Assembly (NCBI GenBank): GCA_905178155.1
Contig: CAJINV010000013.1
Span: 1,450,392 to 1,514,391, forward strand
Length of the DNA: 64,000 nt
Direction of reading: 5' to 3'
Source: Amoebophrya sp. A120
Taxonomy: Eukaryota; Protista; Dinoflagellata
Below, piece by piece: positions 62,447-64,000 of the stretch; position 1 is the stretch's first letter, and the number at the start of each line of letters is the position of its first letter. The translations under genes were made by a program, and so were the position numbers. The notes under the pieces were generated by a model. The model did no database searches, had not been told where the DNA came from, and saw nothing but the letters and a program-made list of their open reading frames with translations.

Positions 62447-64000
62447 TCACCCCAGCTTCATCCTCTCTGGCCCCTCGCCAAACGGCTTGCCCGGGCCTGC
62501 GCCTGCTCCGCCTTGGTTCTTCTTCTCTCCCTCCTGCGCCTGGTATTTTCGGATCAGTTCTTGCTTGAACTTCGCGTCGGGGTTGAGTTCCGCCATGTTC
62601 TTGCCGTCCGGCGCGCCGTTGTTGTAGCCGTCGTAGTGCTGTCCGAGGCCGCAGAAGATGCCGGGGATGCGGGGCCGCACCATTTCGGAGGCCGCCTCCA
62701 CGATGTTGTCCCCGATGCGGTCGCCGAACACGCGCCGCTTCCGCGGTCGGCCCTCCAACTCCGCGTTCTCCCGCACGGCCTGCATGCTGAACCGCGGCAT
62801 GTACCACCCCGCGGTGTGCTCTTCCACCTTTTCGTAGATGTAGGAGGCCATAAACTTGTCCTTCAGCTCCGGGTCGTGGGAGAGCAGGGGGTTCTCCCGC
62901 ACGCGGCACCAGTCGCAGTCCTCCGGTAGGGTTTGGAAGTGCTCGTAGTCGCCCTTCTTCACCCGTTTCACGTTGTACTTCGCGATGCGCGCCGCTTTTT
63001 CCTCGTCGTCCTCGGACTCGGATTCCTCCCCCGCGCGCTTCCGCTTTTTCGAAAGGGCTTTCGCGGCCATCTCGTATCCTCGGCAAAAACGTCCCCACCC
63101 CATAGTCAAGTTGGGAATCTAGCGACACAAATCTCCAAGTTTTGGGAGCTGTGCATGACAAGTTTCCCTCAGCAGTGTAGTGCTGGTTGGCAAGGGAAGC
63201 CGCATCAGAAAGCCATTTTCTCATGCTGTTGCCAGCATTACATTACAAATTCCAAAACACGATTGGAAATGCTTCTCGTGTTCGTGAGGATGCGCATTAC
63301 AAATTTTCCAGGGATCGCAAATCTGCATGACAACTATGGTGTGGGGACGTTTTTCCTCAGGATATCTCGTCCGCCTTCATCTTCGCCAGCGGGTCCTCCA
63401 CGACCTTCTCCCCGTCGGCGTTTATCCTGTGTAAAAACGTACCCACACCATAGTTGTCATGCTACTCTGCATGCTTAAAATGTTTCTCATGCGGAGCCCC
63501 ATGAGAAGCATTTTCTAATGCGGTTTGGAAATCTGTAATGCGCCAATCAGCATGAGATACTAGATCTGTAATCCTGCTTAGCTAGCTCAAACAGCACTAC
63601 ACTACGCGTCCAAATTTGTCATGCGAAACAGCCAAAGCTTATGGATTTGTCTAGCGGATTTCCCATCTTGACTCTGGTGTGGGGACATTTTTACTCAGGA
63701 TAGCGTTCTCGGCGTCCTCGTGCATGGTGCCCTTGTCCTTGTCGTACAGATGCGACCGGTCCACGTTGACCGCCTCGGCCCACAAGTCCTTCTCCTTTTT
63801 CACCTTCGCGTTCTGTAACACGATGTCGCAGAGGAGGAAGGATTCTTGCGTGTTGTCCTCCAGCAGACAAACCACCCGGCTGCGGATACCCTTCCGCCAG
63901 TCGACAGACAACACCGTGCCCTTCAGCCAGTCCGTCTGGTTCGACCACGCGTACACCTTGGTCCCCGGCGGGAGCAGCATGTCCCGGTCCTCGAAAAACT
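62447..64000 (-). CDS. Hypothetical protein (probably 5' truncated by the window) with Tudor/KOW-like beta-barrel segment and basic NLS-like KKRKR; two introners
   Basis: Joins HEDAENADGEKVVEDPLAKMKADEMAAKALSKKRKR. PGTKVYAWSNQTDWLKGTVLSVD resembles a Tudor-like barrel (weak). Confidence 0.65.
63075..63364. mobile_element. Introner family D (290 bp), inverted relative to the 63423 copy
   Basis: Ends TATCCTCGGCAAAAACGTCCCCACCCCATAG / CTATGGTGTGGGGACGTTTTTCCTCAGGATA; perfect direct repeat TCTCG. Confidence 0.95.
63423..63702. mobile_element. Introner family D (280 bp)
   Basis: Ends TATCCTGTGTAAAAACGTACCCACACCA / TGGTGTGGGGACATTTTTACTCAGGATA; perfect direct repeat GCGTT. Confidence 0.95.

Noticed and set aside
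1-64000. tRNA, rRNA or dinoflagellate spliced-leader relics
   Set aside because: None recognised by eye near the gene starts I checked; a covariance-model search would be needed to exclude them.

Overview
Eukaryotic, intron-rich genomic DNA. Every credible gene is on the minus strand. The architecture (unidirectional gene block, mixed canonical and non-canonical introns, inverted-repeat/direct-repeat intronic elements) best fits the parasitic dinoflagellate Amoebophrya (Syndiniales); this is an inference. Recognisable genes are NudC, transportin-1 (importin beta-2), a membrane-anchored GH144-like (beta-1,2-glucanase-like) glycoside hydrolase and a very large LicD/fukutin-family protein, plus several large proteins of unknown function. 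The main system is a set of about 14-17 short non-coding elements (mostly 204-327 bp, one 669 bp) from at least five sequence families, all inserted in coding sequence. They share one end grammar: 5-bp direct repeat | TAT-N7-AAAAA-family core ... core'-TTTTT-N7-ATA | 5-bp direct repeat. They also share an internal TTTGTCATGC motif and occur in both orientations relative to the host gene. Removing an element plus one direct repeat restores the reading frame in every well-preserved case (e.g. the conserved NudC C-terminus). They therefore appear to be transposon-derived non-GT-AG introns (introners). In three copies the single direct-repeat mismatch provides a GT or AG that allows in-frame canonical splicing. 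All boundaries were read by eye, with no RNA data or database searches.
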